The notes: generated from the letters alone by a model not told the origin. Numbered from the stretch's first letter, positions 26,556 through 36,514 are shown. The stretch is 43,789 nucleotides of DNA from a candidate division WWE3 bacterium RAAC2_WWE3_1 (GCA_000503835.1 CP006914.1:1-43789); one strand, 5' to 3'. Translations and numbers: made by a program.

Positions 26556-27194
26556 ATGGCTGAATTTGATATAGATACAAAAACCAAGGAAATGCTAATA
26601 AGCGCCCGCAAAGTGGCTATTGTACCGTCTGTTGTTGACGGCGCCGACTCTTTTGCCGCGGCCGTTGGCCTGTACAGGATGCTGTCTTCTAAGGGCAAGG
26701 AGGCGTCCATTTTATATCCCGGTACTGTACCTGCGGGACTTGAGGGCATAACCGAGGGTATAAATATAAGCACCTCGATGGGCAACCGAAGTTTGGTCGT
26801 CTCCATCGATTATTCCGGAACTACGGCATCAAAAGTTAACTACACTACAGAGAATGACGTTTTATCTTTTTATCTAACCCCCATCGATCATGATTTTGAT
26901 CTCAGCAAGGTGAAAACAGAGATTACCGGACCGGATTATGACCTCTACGTTACTATAGGTGTTCAAAGCCCTGAGGATACGGGTGCCCTGAGAGACCATC
27001 TTCAGGCCGAAATATTGAAATCTAAAGTTTTAAATATAGACAACAACTCACTTAACACTAGGTTCGGCACCTTATACCTTGTTGATGCCTCAATGAAGAG
27101 CTTATCTCTCCTTGTTCTGAACAAGGCACCAAAATGGGACTTGGTCATAGACCAACGTTCCGCTAAGGCCTTAACCACAGGCATTTCCCGCTAA
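26556..27194 (+). CDS. NrnA-like DHH-domain protein, catalytically degenerate and lacking DHHA1
   Basis: By eye it aligns to the NrnA DHH domain. VAIVPSVVDGADSFAAAVGLY matches the DxD region. NIDNNSLNTRFGTLYLVDASMKSLSLLV matches IDHHPNEDPYGDLLWVDTSASSVSEMI. The DHH triad reads DNN (27039-27047). AGGTGA SD before ATG 26556. Confidence 0.55.
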   Translation: MAEFDIDTKTKEMLISARKVAIVPSVVDGADSFAAAVGLYRMLSSKGKEASILYPGTVPAGLEGITEGINISTSMGNRSLVVSIDYSGTTASKVNYTTENDVLSFYLTPIDHDFDLSKVKTEITGPDYDLYVTIGVQSPEDTGALRDHLQAEILKSKVLNIDNNSLNTRFGTLYLVDASMKSLSLLVLNKAPKWDLVIDQRSAKALTTGISR

Positions 27195-27210
27195 ATAGCA
27201 AAGAAAAACC

Positions 27211-27239
27211 TTGATTTTCCAACCTTTTTTTGATACGAT
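27211..27239 (+). promoter_or_regulatory. Promoter TTGATT-17 nt-TGaTACGAT, -10 ends 12 nt before the rpsO ATG
   Basis: TTGATT at 27211-27216, TG at 27231-27232, TACGAT at 27234-27239. Confidence 0.5.
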
Positions 27240-27251
27240 TTCATCTTGGTT

Positions 27252-27521
27252 ATGGCTTTAAATAAAGACAAAAAAGCATCAATAATAAAGACCAACCGGC
27301 TTCACGATGCCGATACGGGATCCCCCGAAGTTCAAATAGCGCTTTTGAACGAGAAGATCACGAAGTTATCCGCGCATCTGAAGGCACATAAAAAGGACAA
27401 CCACTCAAGAAGAGGGTTGCTTCAGATGGTCAATAAGAGAAGAAGGCTTCTTTCCTACCTCAAGAAGAAGGATGAGGAAAGATTTACTTCTGTTTCTGAA
27501 AAGTTGGAGCTTTCTAAGTAA
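27252..27521 (+). CDS. rpsO: 30S ribosomal protein S15
   Basis: 89 aa, with [40 protein letters not shown]. Confidence 0.95.
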   Translation: MALNKDKKASIIKTNRLHDADTGSPEVQIALLNEKITKLSAHLKAHKKDNHSRRGLLQMVNKRRRLLSYLKKKDEERFTSVSEKLELSK

Positions 27522-27659
27522 GTTAGAGTCAGACCGTAGTAATTAAGTTTTAAGACCGGACGTTAGATCAGGATTAGGAGTTAATGTATTGGGCACAGGC
27601 AGTATGTGCGTAATATTTTAAGTCTTAATCCCCACATTTATCACCCGGCTTACAAAAAA

Positions 27660-29780
27660 ATGAATAAAATCATAAAGAAAGAAATAAATTTCGCAGGGCG
27701 AAACCTTGTTCTTGAGACAGGTGAGCTTGCTATACAGGCCGATATGGCTGTGAAAGCTTCGTATGGGGATACGGTTATCCTGGCTACCGTGGTGCATAGT
27801 GCCCCGATGCCCGACATAGACTTTTTCCCGTTAACAGTAAATTATGAGGAAAAGTTGTATGCGAGCGGCACTATAAAATCGTCCCGCTTCGTAAAAAGGG
27901 ACGGTAAAGCTACCGATGAGGCAATAATCAGCAAAAGATTGATAGACCACGCAGTAAGGCCGTTGTTTCCTAAGGAATACGCTGACGAAGTGCAGGTAGT
28001 TGCTACCATCCTGTCGCTTGATGTTGACGCCGATCCTGAATTTACCGCGATGACGGCTGTTTCTGCAGCCCTATCAGCGAGCGAACTTCCGTGGGACGGA
28101 CCTATGGTCAGTTTAAGAGTCGGAAAAGTTGACGGAAACTACATTCTAAATCCGAGCAGCACTGTTTTAGAGGAAGGTTCCAAGTTGAATATGATGATCT
28201 CCTTTGTCGGCGATCAGAAGAAATTCTTAGCCGTCGAAGCCGAGGCAGATATTTTACCTGAGGACGACATCTTCGCTGCTATTAACTTTGCCCGCGACGG
28301 TGCAGACCCGGTGTTCAAACTTATAAAAGAGTTTGCAATGGAAGTGAATCCCGAGCATGCGGTTTATAAATATGAACCTAAAGCATTAAGCGCGGAAATA
28401 ATTGCAGATGTTTCTGCAATAGCAAAAGAAACGATAGATAAGATTATAAGAATGGAATTCGACAAAACCGAGCTTAAAGATAAAAGGGAAGAAATGAAAG
28501 ACAAGGTCCTGACGGGGCTTGAGGGTAAGTACAAGAAAGTCGATATGGTAATGGCCCTCGAAGAATTAGAAAAGAAATCAATCCAACATCTGATCCTTGA
28601 TGAAGGAAAAAGGCCTGACGGTAGGGGTGTAAAAGATATAAGGGATATTAGTTCCAGGGTCAGTCTTTTACCAAGAACCCACGGTTCTGCCCTTTTCACG
28701 AGGGGGGTAACCCAGGCTTTAACTGTTTGTACGCTGGGTTCACCGTCGATGGAACTTTTGGTCCAAAATATGTACGGAGAATTTAACAAAAGATTTATCC
28801 ATTATTACAACTTCCCTCCTTTCTCGACAGGAGAAACGGGCAGAATGGGAGCTCCCAAATCCAGAGAAGTGGGTCACGGGATGTTGGCAGAAAAAGCTTT
28901 GAGAGCTGTAATACCAAGCCAAACAGAATTTCCTTACACGGTACTTCTTGTTTCTGAGGTGCTTTCATCCAGCGGTTCATCTTCGATGGCTGCTACCTGT
29001 GGTTCGACTCTGGCACTGATGGACGCCGGTGTTCCTATAAAAGAAATGATTGCCGGTGTGGGTGTTGGGATTATTACGACCGACGACTTCAGTAACTACA
29101 AAATCATGACCGATCTGGCTTATCTCGAAGATGCCTACGGTTTCCTTGACTTTAAAATGACCGGTTCAAGGAACGGCGTTACTGCCATACAGGCTGACAT
29201 GAAAGTAAAAGGGATACCGGTAGAGATCCTTAAGGATATTATCGCTCAATCCAAAGAAGCCAGAATGAAAGTTTTGGATGAGATGGAAAAGACTATCAGT
29301 TCGCCTAAAGATACGGTTTCCAAGTACGCACCTAAGACCACAATGTTAAAGATTAACCCCGAGAAGATCGGTATGGTCATCGGAAGCGGGGGAAAGGTCA
29401 TAAAGGAAATACAGGAAACTACCCAATCTGAGATATTCATCGAAGAGGACGGGACCGTAATAATCTCTGCTGTTGAAATGGAAAATGTTCAGAAAGCGGC
29501 AAAGATAGTAGACGGACTTACCAGAGAACTCAGGACAGGCGAGATATTTGACGGAACGGTCAAAGATCTTTTGGACTTCGGTGCGCTTGTCGAGATACTA
29601 CCGGGAAGAGTAGGTCTCATGCATGTCAGTGAGATAACCAACTCTTACGTTAAAAAAGTAGAGGACTGGTATAAACCCGGAGATAAAGTAAAAGTTAAAG
29701 TAATAGGACTCGGTCCTGAAGGGAAAATCAGTTTGTCGCATAAAGCACTTGAACCTAAATCTGACGATTTAGAGAATTGA
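27660..29780 (+). CDS. pnp: Polyribonucleotide nucleotidyltransferase (PNPase)
   Basis: Two RNase PH domains, KH (IGSGGKVIKEIQE) and S1 (GEIFDGTVKDLLDFGALVEI). Start taken at ATG 27660 (MNKIIKKEINFAGR), while the ORF track start is 27606. Confidence 0.93.
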   Translation: MNKIIKKEINFAGRNLVLETGELAIQADMAVKASYGDTVILATVVHSAPMPDIDFFPLTVNYEEKLYASGTIKSSRFVKRDGKATDEAIISKRLIDHAVRPLFPKEYADEVQVVATILSLDVDADPEFTAMTAVSAALSASELPWDGPMVSLRVGKVDGNYILNPSSTVLEEGSKLNMMISFVGDQKKFLAVEAEADILPEDDIFAAINFARDGADPVFKLIKEFAMEVNPEHAVYKYEPKALSAEIIADVSAIAKETIDKIIRMEFDKTELKDKREEMKDKVLTGLEGKYKKVDMVMALEELEKKSIQHLILDEGKRPDGRGVKDIRDISSRVSLLPRTHGSALFTRGVTQALTVCTLGSPSMELLVQNMYGEFNKRFIHYYNFPPFSTGETGRMGAPKSREVGHGMLAEKALRAVIPSQTEFPYTVLLVSEVLSSSGSSSMAATCGSTLALMDAGVPIKEMIAGVGVGIITTDDFSNYKIMTDLAYLEDAYGFLDFKMTGSRNGVTAIQADMKVKGIPVEILKDIIAQSKEARMKVLDEMEKTISSPKDTVSKYAPKTTMLKINPEKIGMVIGSGGKVIKEIQETTQSEIFIEEDGTVIISAVEMENVQKAAKIVDGLTRELRTGEIFDGTVKDLLDFGALVEILPGRVGLMHVSEITNSYVKKVEDWYKPGDKVKVKVIGLGPEGKISLSHKALEPKSDDLEN

Positions 29781-29799
29781 TAACCTTTAGGCCGTAAGC

Positions 29800-29808
29800 T
29801 GTTATAAT
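29800..29808 (+). promoter_or_regulatory. Extended -10 TGtTATAAT, 7 nt before ATG 29816
   Basis: TG at 29800-29801 and TATAAT at 29803-29808. The gap TTATTTG lacks an SD. Confidence 0.5.
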
Positions 29809-29815
29809 TTATTTG

Positions 29816-30739
29816 ATGTCGAGAAACTGCCCCCAGTGCGGAAGAAATTTGTCAAAAGCCGATGTGTACTTCTGTTCTTCATGCGGTGCTGTAGTCGGTA
29901 ATTCCGCAGAAGTAATGAATAAGCGTTATTATCAAGTTTATAACGTAGCACTGTCGGCGAAAAATATCACAGCATCTAGTTTTTCATTTTGGGGTCTGTT
30001 GGCAGGAGCGGGAGTGTTCCTACTGTTGTCCGCCTCGGCAATTTTATCTTCTTACTTGATGGGTAGCGCAGTTTCGAACGGTAAAACTATGTTGGAAACA
30101 GCTTTTCCGAACGCGGTCGTTCAATCGGAGGAACTACAGGCACCGGTCGAAGCAACAGTTCCGGCACCTGCAGAAAAGGGCATAGAAGTCGAAAGTTTTC
30201 TTCCCTTTGACACGAACTTTGCAGCTGTGTTCTATTCTCCTTCGGATTTTACCGACGCTTTAGACTTTTTCGGTGTTGAAAATTCTTTTGATTTGGATTT
30301 TCTTAAGAACTCAAATCGTCCGCCCTTTGTTGTGATGGTGGATCCCGCGACAAATGAAGCTGAGGAAGAGAACGGCATTGGCATATTATTTTTTCCGGGG
30401 AACACAGTTCCGGAAGGTTCGTATAAAAAATATATTTCCGGTGAGTTCTCTGAAACAAGCTTAGATGGGCTTGTAATTGTTACTAACAGAAGTGAAATGA
30501 GAAATGAGATAGCCGGGGTTTCAAAAGGATTGAAAAAAGGTTTAAATTTAAATTCTTTATATGTGAATATTAAGAACAAAATCCCGGAAATCGTAAGATC
30601 CAAGATTTTTGTCTTTACCGACGCGGGTGTAGGATATGTTAATAAATTTGATGTGGGTGCAATGCCGGAAACTTTAAAAACATTAGTACTTAATTACATG
30701 GGGTCCGGAAGTTACTACGGGTTTTTAAAATATGAATGA
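29816..30739 (+). CDS. Hypothetical zinc-ribbon membrane protein
   Basis: N-terminal CPQCGRNLSKADVYFCSSCG, one TM (FWGLLAGAGVFLLLSASAILSSYL), and a ~220-aa extracytoplasmic domain of unknown family. Confidence 0.65.
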   Translation: MSRNCPQCGRNLSKADVYFCSSCGAVVGNSAEVMNKRYYQVYNVALSAKNITASSFSFWGLLAGAGVFLLLSASAILSSYLMGSAVSNGKTMLETAFPNAVVQSEELQAPVEATVPAPAEKGIEVESFLPFDTNFAAVFYSPSDFTDALDFFGVENSFDLDFLKNSNRPPFVVMVDPATNEAEEENGIGILFFPGNTVPEGSYKKYISGEFSETSLDGLVIVTNRSEMRNEIAGVSKGLKKGLNLNSLYVNIKNKIPEIVRSKIFVFTDAGVGYVNKFDVGAMPETLKTLVLNYMGSGSYYGFLKYE

Positions 30740-31805
30740 GAAAGCAGATAAAAAAGATTTTTTATTTGAAGAACTGAAAACGTTAACGACGAAGGTGACC
30801 GAGACTGAGGGTATTCCCGAGGAACTTGCCGACCGTCTGCGTCAAATGATCCAAAGGTTGGATAGAATGGCCAACCTGGGGCATTACGCGACCGAATATG
30901 ACACACTTGCGAGGTATATCGGTATTGTTACGTCTATTCCATGGTCTGCAAAGACCGAAGACAGGTTGGACCTTGCTATTACGAAACAAACCCTGGACAG
31001 TCGTCACTATGGTCTCGATTATGTTAAAGAGAGGATCCTTGAGTACATGTCTTCACTCATTCTTTTAAAGCAAAGGAAGAAAGATGCTCTGGGAAGGGCG
31101 CCCATCCTTTTAATGGTCGGTTTGCAGGGTGTCGGTAAAACGACTCTCGCCATTTCAATAGCTGAGGCTATGCAGAGGAAGTTTGTAAGGATTGCCATGG
31201 GAGGAATCGGTTCTACTCTTGAGATAAGAGGCAGGAGTAAAGCGTTCCCGGAGTCGGAACCGGGTTTGGTGATAAAAGCACTCATTAGTTCGGGCGTTAA
31301 AAATCCCGTTATACTTTTGGATGAGATAGAAAAATCAAGCGGTGAGTCGGGGTTGCAGTCAGACATTATGGCAGTACTGCTTGAGATACTTGACCCGGCT
31401 CAGAATATAGCATTCCGCGATCATTACATTGATTTTCCGGTGGATTTGTCGGACGTAATGTTTATTTGTTCCGCAAATAATCTTGGTCCATTGTCGACAG
31501 CACTTTTGGATAGGATGGAAATTATAAAAATGCCTTCGTATTCCGACACCGAAAAAATGGTTATTGCGAGAGACTACGTGTTTCCTAAAGTTATCGAAAA
31601 CTCAGGTTTAAAACCGGAAGAGTTGGAAATAGATCCTAACCTTTGGCCGGGAATAATAAGACCGTTCGGTTACGATTCGGGCATCCGAAGTCTTACCAGA
31701 ACATTGGAGGCAATTTGCAGAAAAGTTGCTAAAGAAATTGTTGAGGGCAAAGCAGAGAAAGTTGTTATAAACGCCGAGAATTTAAAACACTATCTCCCCA
31801 AATAA
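30732..31805 (+). CDS. Lon-like AAA+ ATPase module without LAN or protease domains
   Basis: By eye it is collinear with E. coli Lon roughly from residue 250 to 600. Matching segments: HYGLDYVKERILEYM, GLQGVGKTTLAISIAEA (Walker A), ILLDEIEKS (Walker B), LLEILDPAQNIAFRDHY and LLDRMEIIKMPSY. The ORF stops where the S16 protease domain would begin. The start overlaps the upstream gene by 8 nt. Confidence 0.8.
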   Translation: MNEKADKKDFLFEELKTLTTKVTETEGIPEELADRLRQMIQRLDRMANLGHYATEYDTLARYIGIVTSIPWSAKTEDRLDLAITKQTLDSRHYGLDYVKERILEYMSSLILLKQRKKDALGRAPILLMVGLQGVGKTTLAISIAEAMQRKFVRIAMGGIGSTLEIRGRSKAFPESEPGLVIKALISSGVKNPVILLDEIEKSSGESGLQSDIMAVLLEILDPAQNIAFRDHYIDFPVDLSDVMFICSANNLGPLSTALLDRMEIIKMPSYSDTEKMVIARDYVFPKVIENSGLKPEELEIDPNLWPGIIRPFGYDSGIRSLTRTLEAICRKVAKEIVEGKAEKVVINAENLKHYLPK

Positions 31806-31806
31806 T

Positions 31807-32436
31807 ATGAACAAAGAAGAAATGATGGAAAAGGTCGCCGCGGCTGTCAAAGCCTGCAAAAAGTGCCGTTTACACGCCGGAGCACTAAATGCCGTTCCGG
31901 GAGAAGGAAATATAGCCAGTGAGATTGTTTTTATCGGTGAAGCTCCCGGACGCACCGAAGACGAAACCGGAAGACCGTTTGTAGGAAGGGCGGGAAAACT
32001 TTTGGAGCAGTCACTCGGAGATATTGGCTTGTCGAGAAAAGACGTGTGGATCGGAAACATTGTGAAACACCGACCTCCCGAGAACCGCGATCCGTTGCCC
32101 GACGAAATTGCGGCGTGTGAAAAATTCCTGGCTTATCAGCTTAGGATAATTTCACCGTTGCTGGTTGTCCCACTAGGAAGGTTTGCTATGAATTACTTTT
32201 ACCCGGAAGGAAGAATATCCCGTGACAGGGGTACGTTATTGCGTACGAAAAACTTTAATGTTTATCCGGTTTTCCATCCCGCAGCAGCTTTAAGGAATCC
32301 TGAGATGATGCGTGGGTTCATAGAAGATTTTAAGAGGATCCCGCAAATATTAGATTTAATTAAAAAAGGAGATAAAAACATACCCGCGCAAACGGACCAA
32401 CAAACAGATGATGGACAACTTGTTTTGGGTTTGTAA
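31807..32436 (+). CDS. udg: Uracil-DNA glycosylase, family 4
   Basis: CKKCRLH and GEGNIASEIVFIGEAPGRTEDETGRPFVGRAGKLL, with HPAA near the C-terminus. Confidence 0.9.
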   Translation: MNKEEMMEKVAAAVKACKKCRLHAGALNAVPGEGNIASEIVFIGEAPGRTEDETGRPFVGRAGKLLEQSLGDIGLSRKDVWIGNIVKHRPPENRDPLPDEIAACEKFLAYQLRIISPLLVVPLGRFAMNYFYPEGRISRDRGTLLRTKNFNVYPVFHPAAALRNPEMMRGFIEDFKRIPQILDLIKKGDKNIPAQTDQQTDDGQLVLGL

Positions 32437-32445
32437 ACTTATCAT

Positions 32446-34170
32446 ATGGATCAACAATACGTAAATTCAATTTCACAGGAGGAAAGGGGAGCGGTGAAGA
32501 ACAAGCTTAAGATTATAACTTTGAGCGGAACCGAATCGGTCACGAAAAACCTTACGGTTTATGAGTACGGAGAAGATATTATTTTGGTAGACTGCGGCGT
32601 CGGGTTTCCCGACAGTGACCTTTATGGCGTCGACGTAGTTATACCTGATTTTACCTATATTCTGGAGAATTCTCACAGGATAAGGGGATTATTTGTCACG
32701 CACGGTCATGAGGACCATTTGGGAGCAATACCCTTCCTTTTAAACCAGCTCGACGTGCCTATTTACACAAGTAGGTTGGTGCAGGGCTTTTTAAAGGAGC
32801 GCCTCAGCGACAAAAACTTTAAACATTTGGCAGAAAAAACACGTTTCACCCTGTTAGAACCGGGAACCGGTACCATACAGGCCGGTGTGTTTAAAATAAC
32901 CGCATTTGGTGTAAACCATTCCGTACCAAACGCGATGGGTTTTGCTATAGAAACTCCGGAAGGAACGGTTTTGCATATGGCGGATTACAAAATAGATTGG
33001 ACGCCGGTCCTGGATAAACCTATAGATCTAAATTCGATTGCAAAATACGGCCAACAGGGAGTGTTGTGTCTATTGTCGGATTGTTTAAATGTTTTGACGG
33101 AAGGTTACTCGAAAAGCGAAAGTTCACTATCAAACACTTTTACCGATCTTTTTGAGAGCAACCCCGGAAGGCAGATGTTTATCACTACGATTTCGTCAAA
33201 TATTTCCAGAATGAGCCAGATTATGACCTCCGCATTAAAACACGGGAGAAAAGTCGTTCTGAGCGGACGTTCGATTGAACAAAGCGTGAAGGTCGCCAGA
33301 GCGCTGGGAGTCATAAAATTTCACGATGATCTTTTTATCGAAGAAAAAGAAGCGGGAAGATTTCCTCAGGGTGATGTTGTTTACATTATCGCCGGTTGCT
33401 ATGGACAGCCCGGTTCATCGCTGGGAAGACTAAGCAGAGGCGAACATAAAGAAATTGTGCTGGAAAAAGATCCTATTGTGATATTCTCGGCGGATCCGAA
33501 TCCCCCCGGAGTTGATGTGGCCGTTGAAAGAGTAATGTCCGCTTTCACGCTTTTTGGAGCAGAAGTTGTTTACAGCCGCATCCAGGACAACCTTCATGTT
33601 TCCGGTCACGGAACTAAAGGCGACCTGATGACAATTGCATCCGTTGTAAAACCGAAATATTTTATACCGATCGGAGGTACCATCACCAGAATGCGTGCCT
33701 ATACAAATATGCTCGGTGAACTCGGTGTATCCAAAGACAGAGTATTTGAATGTCTGGAGGGTGACACGGTAGAATTTTCTTCGGGTAGAGCCAGAAAATC
33801 AGGAAGACTTCAAACCGTTCCTGTTTACATAGATACGGCGGGATCGGGTAGTACCATCAACCCTGTAGTTATAAAGGACAGAGATCAGTTGTCGTCAGAC
33901 GGTGTTTTTGTTGTAGTGATTCCGTCCAAAGACGGTAATCTTCTAAAAGATAATGTGGAAGTCGTGACGCGCGGGTTCATTTATGTTAAAGCTTCTCAGG
34001 AACTTATGGACAGGTCCAGAAAGTTTGTGACCAAGACGCTGGAGAAAATGTCCGACAAGCCTTTGGAATGGCCGGCGAAAAAGAAGAGGCTTGAGAGTGA
34101 GATTCAGGACTTTCTTTTTAAGGAAACAAGAAGTTCGCCGCTGGTCATTGTCCACGCTCTGAACGTTTAA
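32446..34170 (+). CDS. rnj: Ribonuclease J
   Basis: Metallo-beta-lactamase motif THGHEDHLGA, beta-CASP region and C-terminal domain. Confidence 0.92.
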   Translation: MDQQYVNSISQEERGAVKNKLKIITLSGTESVTKNLTVYEYGEDIILVDCGVGFPDSDLYGVDVVIPDFTYILENSHRIRGLFVTHGHEDHLGAIPFLLNQLDVPIYTSRLVQGFLKERLSDKNFKHLAEKTRFTLLEPGTGTIQAGVFKITAFGVNHSVPNAMGFAIETPEGTVLHMADYKIDWTPVLDKPIDLNSIAKYGQQGVLCLLSDCLNVLTEGYSKSESSLSNTFTDLFESNPGRQMFITTISSNISRMSQIMTSALKHGRKVVLSGRSIEQSVKVARALGVIKFHDDLFIEEKEAGRFPQGDVVYIIAGCYGQPGSSLGRLSRGEHKEIVLEKDPIVIFSADPNPPGVDVAVERVMSAFTLFGAEVVYSRIQDNLHVSGHGTKGDLMTIASVVKPKYFIPIGGTITRMRAYTNMLGELGVSKDRVFECLEGDTVEFSSGRARKSGRLQTVPVYIDTAGSGSTINPVVIKDRDQLSSDGVFVVVIPSKDGNLLKDNVEVVTRGFIYVKASQELMDRSRKFVTKTLEKMSDKPLEWPAKKKRLESEIQDFLFKETRSSPLVIVHALNV

Positions 34171-34235
34171 GGATGTATTTGCTGAAAACTGCCGTTAGAA
34201 CTTACCTTTTTGTTGCGTAACTTTGGTTGTCGTAA

Positions 34236-34244
34236 TGATATAAT
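34236..34244 (+). promoter_or_regulatory. Extended -10 TGaTATAAT, 7 nt before ATG 34252
   Basis: TG at 34236-34237 and TATAAT at 34239-34244. The gap TGAGCCA lacks an SD. Confidence 0.5.
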
Positions 34245-34251
34245 TGAGCCA

Positions 34252-36510
34252 ATGCCTAGAGGAAGAAAAAGGAAATTTAAGCTCAACTTCAGCATAAAAC
34301 CCGAAACTATAAGGTCGGTTATAGCCCTGGTGCTTGTGACGGCAGGACTCCTGAGCCTCATCGCTTTTTTCGCTCCATCTTACTCGGTAAACGCGAAAAT
34401 AAAGGGCTTCATGTCGGGTTTGTTCGGTAGACCGGCCATCATACTGCCATTTTTGCTTATAATATCCGGATCGCTTTTTATTCAAAAATTAAAAGTAAAG
34501 TTTAAAGAGCCGAGAATAGCGGCAGGATTACTCCTGGCTCTTTTAGGTCTGTCGGGTCTTTCTCATGTTTTCGTTAACAAGGACGCCGCACTGGAAGCCG
34601 CCGAGAACGGCCTGGGCGGAGGGATGGTCGGATATAAGATCAGTTCTGTTCTGGCGAACGGAGTGAGTATATACGGCGCCGCAGTTCTTCTTATCCTGGC
34701 TGTTTTGATCTCGGCTATTTTACTGTTCGATGTTTCATTAGATCAGGTACTGGGGTTTGTTTCGGAGAAAAAAGATTTGATAAAGAACCCATTAAAAGGA
34801 ATGTGGCCTTTTAAGAAAGAAGAAGAAGCTGGGGATTTTGAAGAAATGGGGGAGGACGAATACAATATCGATGCCGGAGAAGAAGGCCATGAACCGGTTC
34901 CGGCGCTGGTTGCTTCGGTGAGAGAAGAACTTGAAGAAACCCCCGAGTTCGAAATAATTCCTTCGCAGTACGAACCCCAAAAAGTTCCCGTAATTATACC
35001 TGAGGGTGCAACTTCTACAATTGCCACTATCTCGCCCACGAATTTTTTGTCTGCACCGCCAAATAAAATATGGGTCGAACCCCCTCTTGATTTGCTGATT
35101 GAGCCGGTTGCAGAATCAAGAGATTTTTCTGAGTCTAAGGCTAACGAAAAAAAGATTGTTGATACCCTGAAATCTTTCGGGATTGATGTCGAAGTGGCGA
35201 ACACGAAGGTAGGCCCGTCCGTTACCCGGTATGCTTTAAAAACAAAATCAGTAACCAAAGTATCCAAAATTGCTTCCCTTCATGAGAATCTTGCTCTTGC
35301 GTTGGCGTCACCCAACGGCTCGGTGAGAGTGGAAGCACCTATTCCCGGTACGTCTGAAATAGGAATAGAAGTACCGAACGCCATAAGGTCGGTAGTTAAT
35401 TTTAAATCTATAATCACATCCGATGCCATGAAAAATCTCAAAACTAAACTTGCCGTGGGACTGGGAAAGGACGTCGCGGGAAAAACATACGTTTACGACA
35501 TCGGTAAAATGCCGCACATGCTGATCGCCGGTGCTACAAATTCAGGAAAGTCGATTTTCATTCACAACATCCTTTTTTCTATCTTGTTCCGGGCTTCTCC
35601 CCAGGAAGTGAAGTTTATTTTGGTGGATCCGAAGAGAAATGAACTGATCCACTATCAGGATATTCCACATCTTATAACTCCGGTGGTGGTGGACATGGAA
35701 AAAACTCCCGCTGTATTTAAATGGGCAGTTCAGGAAATGGAAAGACGCCTGAAATTATTTGAGCAGGCCAGAGTTAGGAATCTCGACGCCTACAATGAAA
35801 ACTCGGGATTTCAAGCCCTGCCTTACATTGTAATTGTCGTGGACGAATTTGCCGAGGTGATGATGCAGGACAAAAATTCAGTGGAAAAAGCGGTCGTGAG
35901 ACTTGCTCAGATGGCAAGATCTACCGGTGTTCACCTTGTCCTGGCTATCCAGCGCCCGTCAACTGATATTATTACCGGCATAATAAAAGCAAACATTCCC
36001 ACCCGTGTTGCCTTTAGTGTTTCGAGCCAGATAGATTCAAGGGTTATTATCGACCAGCCGGGAGCGGAGAAATTACTGACAAGAGGGGACATGCTTTTTG
36101 TTCCACCCGACGCTCAGAAACCTATCCGGTTACAGGGTGCCTACATTGATGCGAAAGAAATAGATCGGTTGGTCAACTATCTTAAGAATCAGGGAGTCGA
36201 GCCCGACTACTCCGATGAAGTGCTAAGCATGTCCATGGAGAAGGACGGTAAGGTAAGTTCCAGCTCATGGGGCGATGATGTGGACCCGTTGTTTGATGAG
36301 GCCGTAGACATTGTAAGTTCGATGGGCAAAGCTTCCGCCTCCCTTTTGCAGAGAAAGCTTTCTATTGGATTTTCGCGGGCCGCGAGAATAATTGATGAGA
36401 TGGAGGCGAAAGGAATTGTCGGTCCGGCAGCTGGCGGGAGCAGGGCAAGGGAACTGTTGATTGGCGGCGGTCCTTCATATTCTGAAGAACCGGATGACCT
36501 GGTATCTTAA
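34252..36510 (+). CDS. ftsK: DNA translocase FtsK/SpoIIIE
   Basis: N-terminal TM block, Walker A GATNSGKS, VVDEFA, and gamma wHTH domain (ASASLLQRKLSIGFSRAARIIDEME). Start at 34252 (MPRGRKRKF), while the ORF track start is 34210. Confidence 0.93.
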   Translation: MPRGRKRKFKLNFSIKPETIRSVIALVLVTAGLLSLIAFFAPSYSVNAKIKGFMSGLFGRPAIILPFLLIISGSLFIQKLKVKFKEPRIAAGLLLALLGLSGLSHVFVNKDAALEAAENGLGGGMVGYKISSVLANGVSIYGAAVLLILAVLISAILLFDVSLDQVLGFVSEKKDLIKNPLKGMWPFKKEEEAGDFEEMGEDEYNIDAGEEGHEPVPALVASVREELEETPEFEIIPSQYEPQKVPVIIPEGATSTIATISPTNFLSAPPNKIWVEPPLDLLIEPVAESRDFSESKANEKKIVDTLKSFGIDVEVANTKVGPSVTRYALKTKSVTKVSKIASLHENLALALASPNGSVRVEAPIPGTSEIGIEVPNAIRSVVNFKSIITSDAMKNLKTKLAVGLGKDVAGKTYVYDIGKMPHMLIAGATNSGKSIFIHNILFSILFRASPQEVKFILVDPKRNELIHYQDIPHLITPVVVDMEKTPAVFKWAVQEMERRLKLFEQARVRNLDAYNENSGFQALPYIVIVVDEFAEVMMQDKNSVEKAVVRLAQMARSTGVHLVLAIQRPSTDIITGIIKANIPTRVAFSVSSQIDSRVIIDQPGAEKLLTRGDMLFVPPDAQKPIRLQGAYIDAKEIDRLVNYLKNQGVEPDYSDEVLSMSMEKDGKVSSSSWGDDVDPLFDEAVDIVSSMGKASASLLQRKLSIGFSRAARIIDEMEAKGIVGPAAGGSRARELLIGGGPSYSEEPDDLVS

Positions 36511-36514
36511 AATT

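Noticed and set aside
27550-27628. Long-range pairing TTAAGAC/GTCTTAA in the rpsO-pnp spacer as a pnp leader structure
   Set aside because: It is only 7 bp with a 65-nt loop, which is about what chance predicts for a 138-nt spacer. I saw no supporting nested helices.
34743-35267. 174-aa minus-strand ORF inside ftsK
   Set aside because: It is antisense to a recognisable FtsK coding region, with an S/T/F-rich translation and no recognisable motif.
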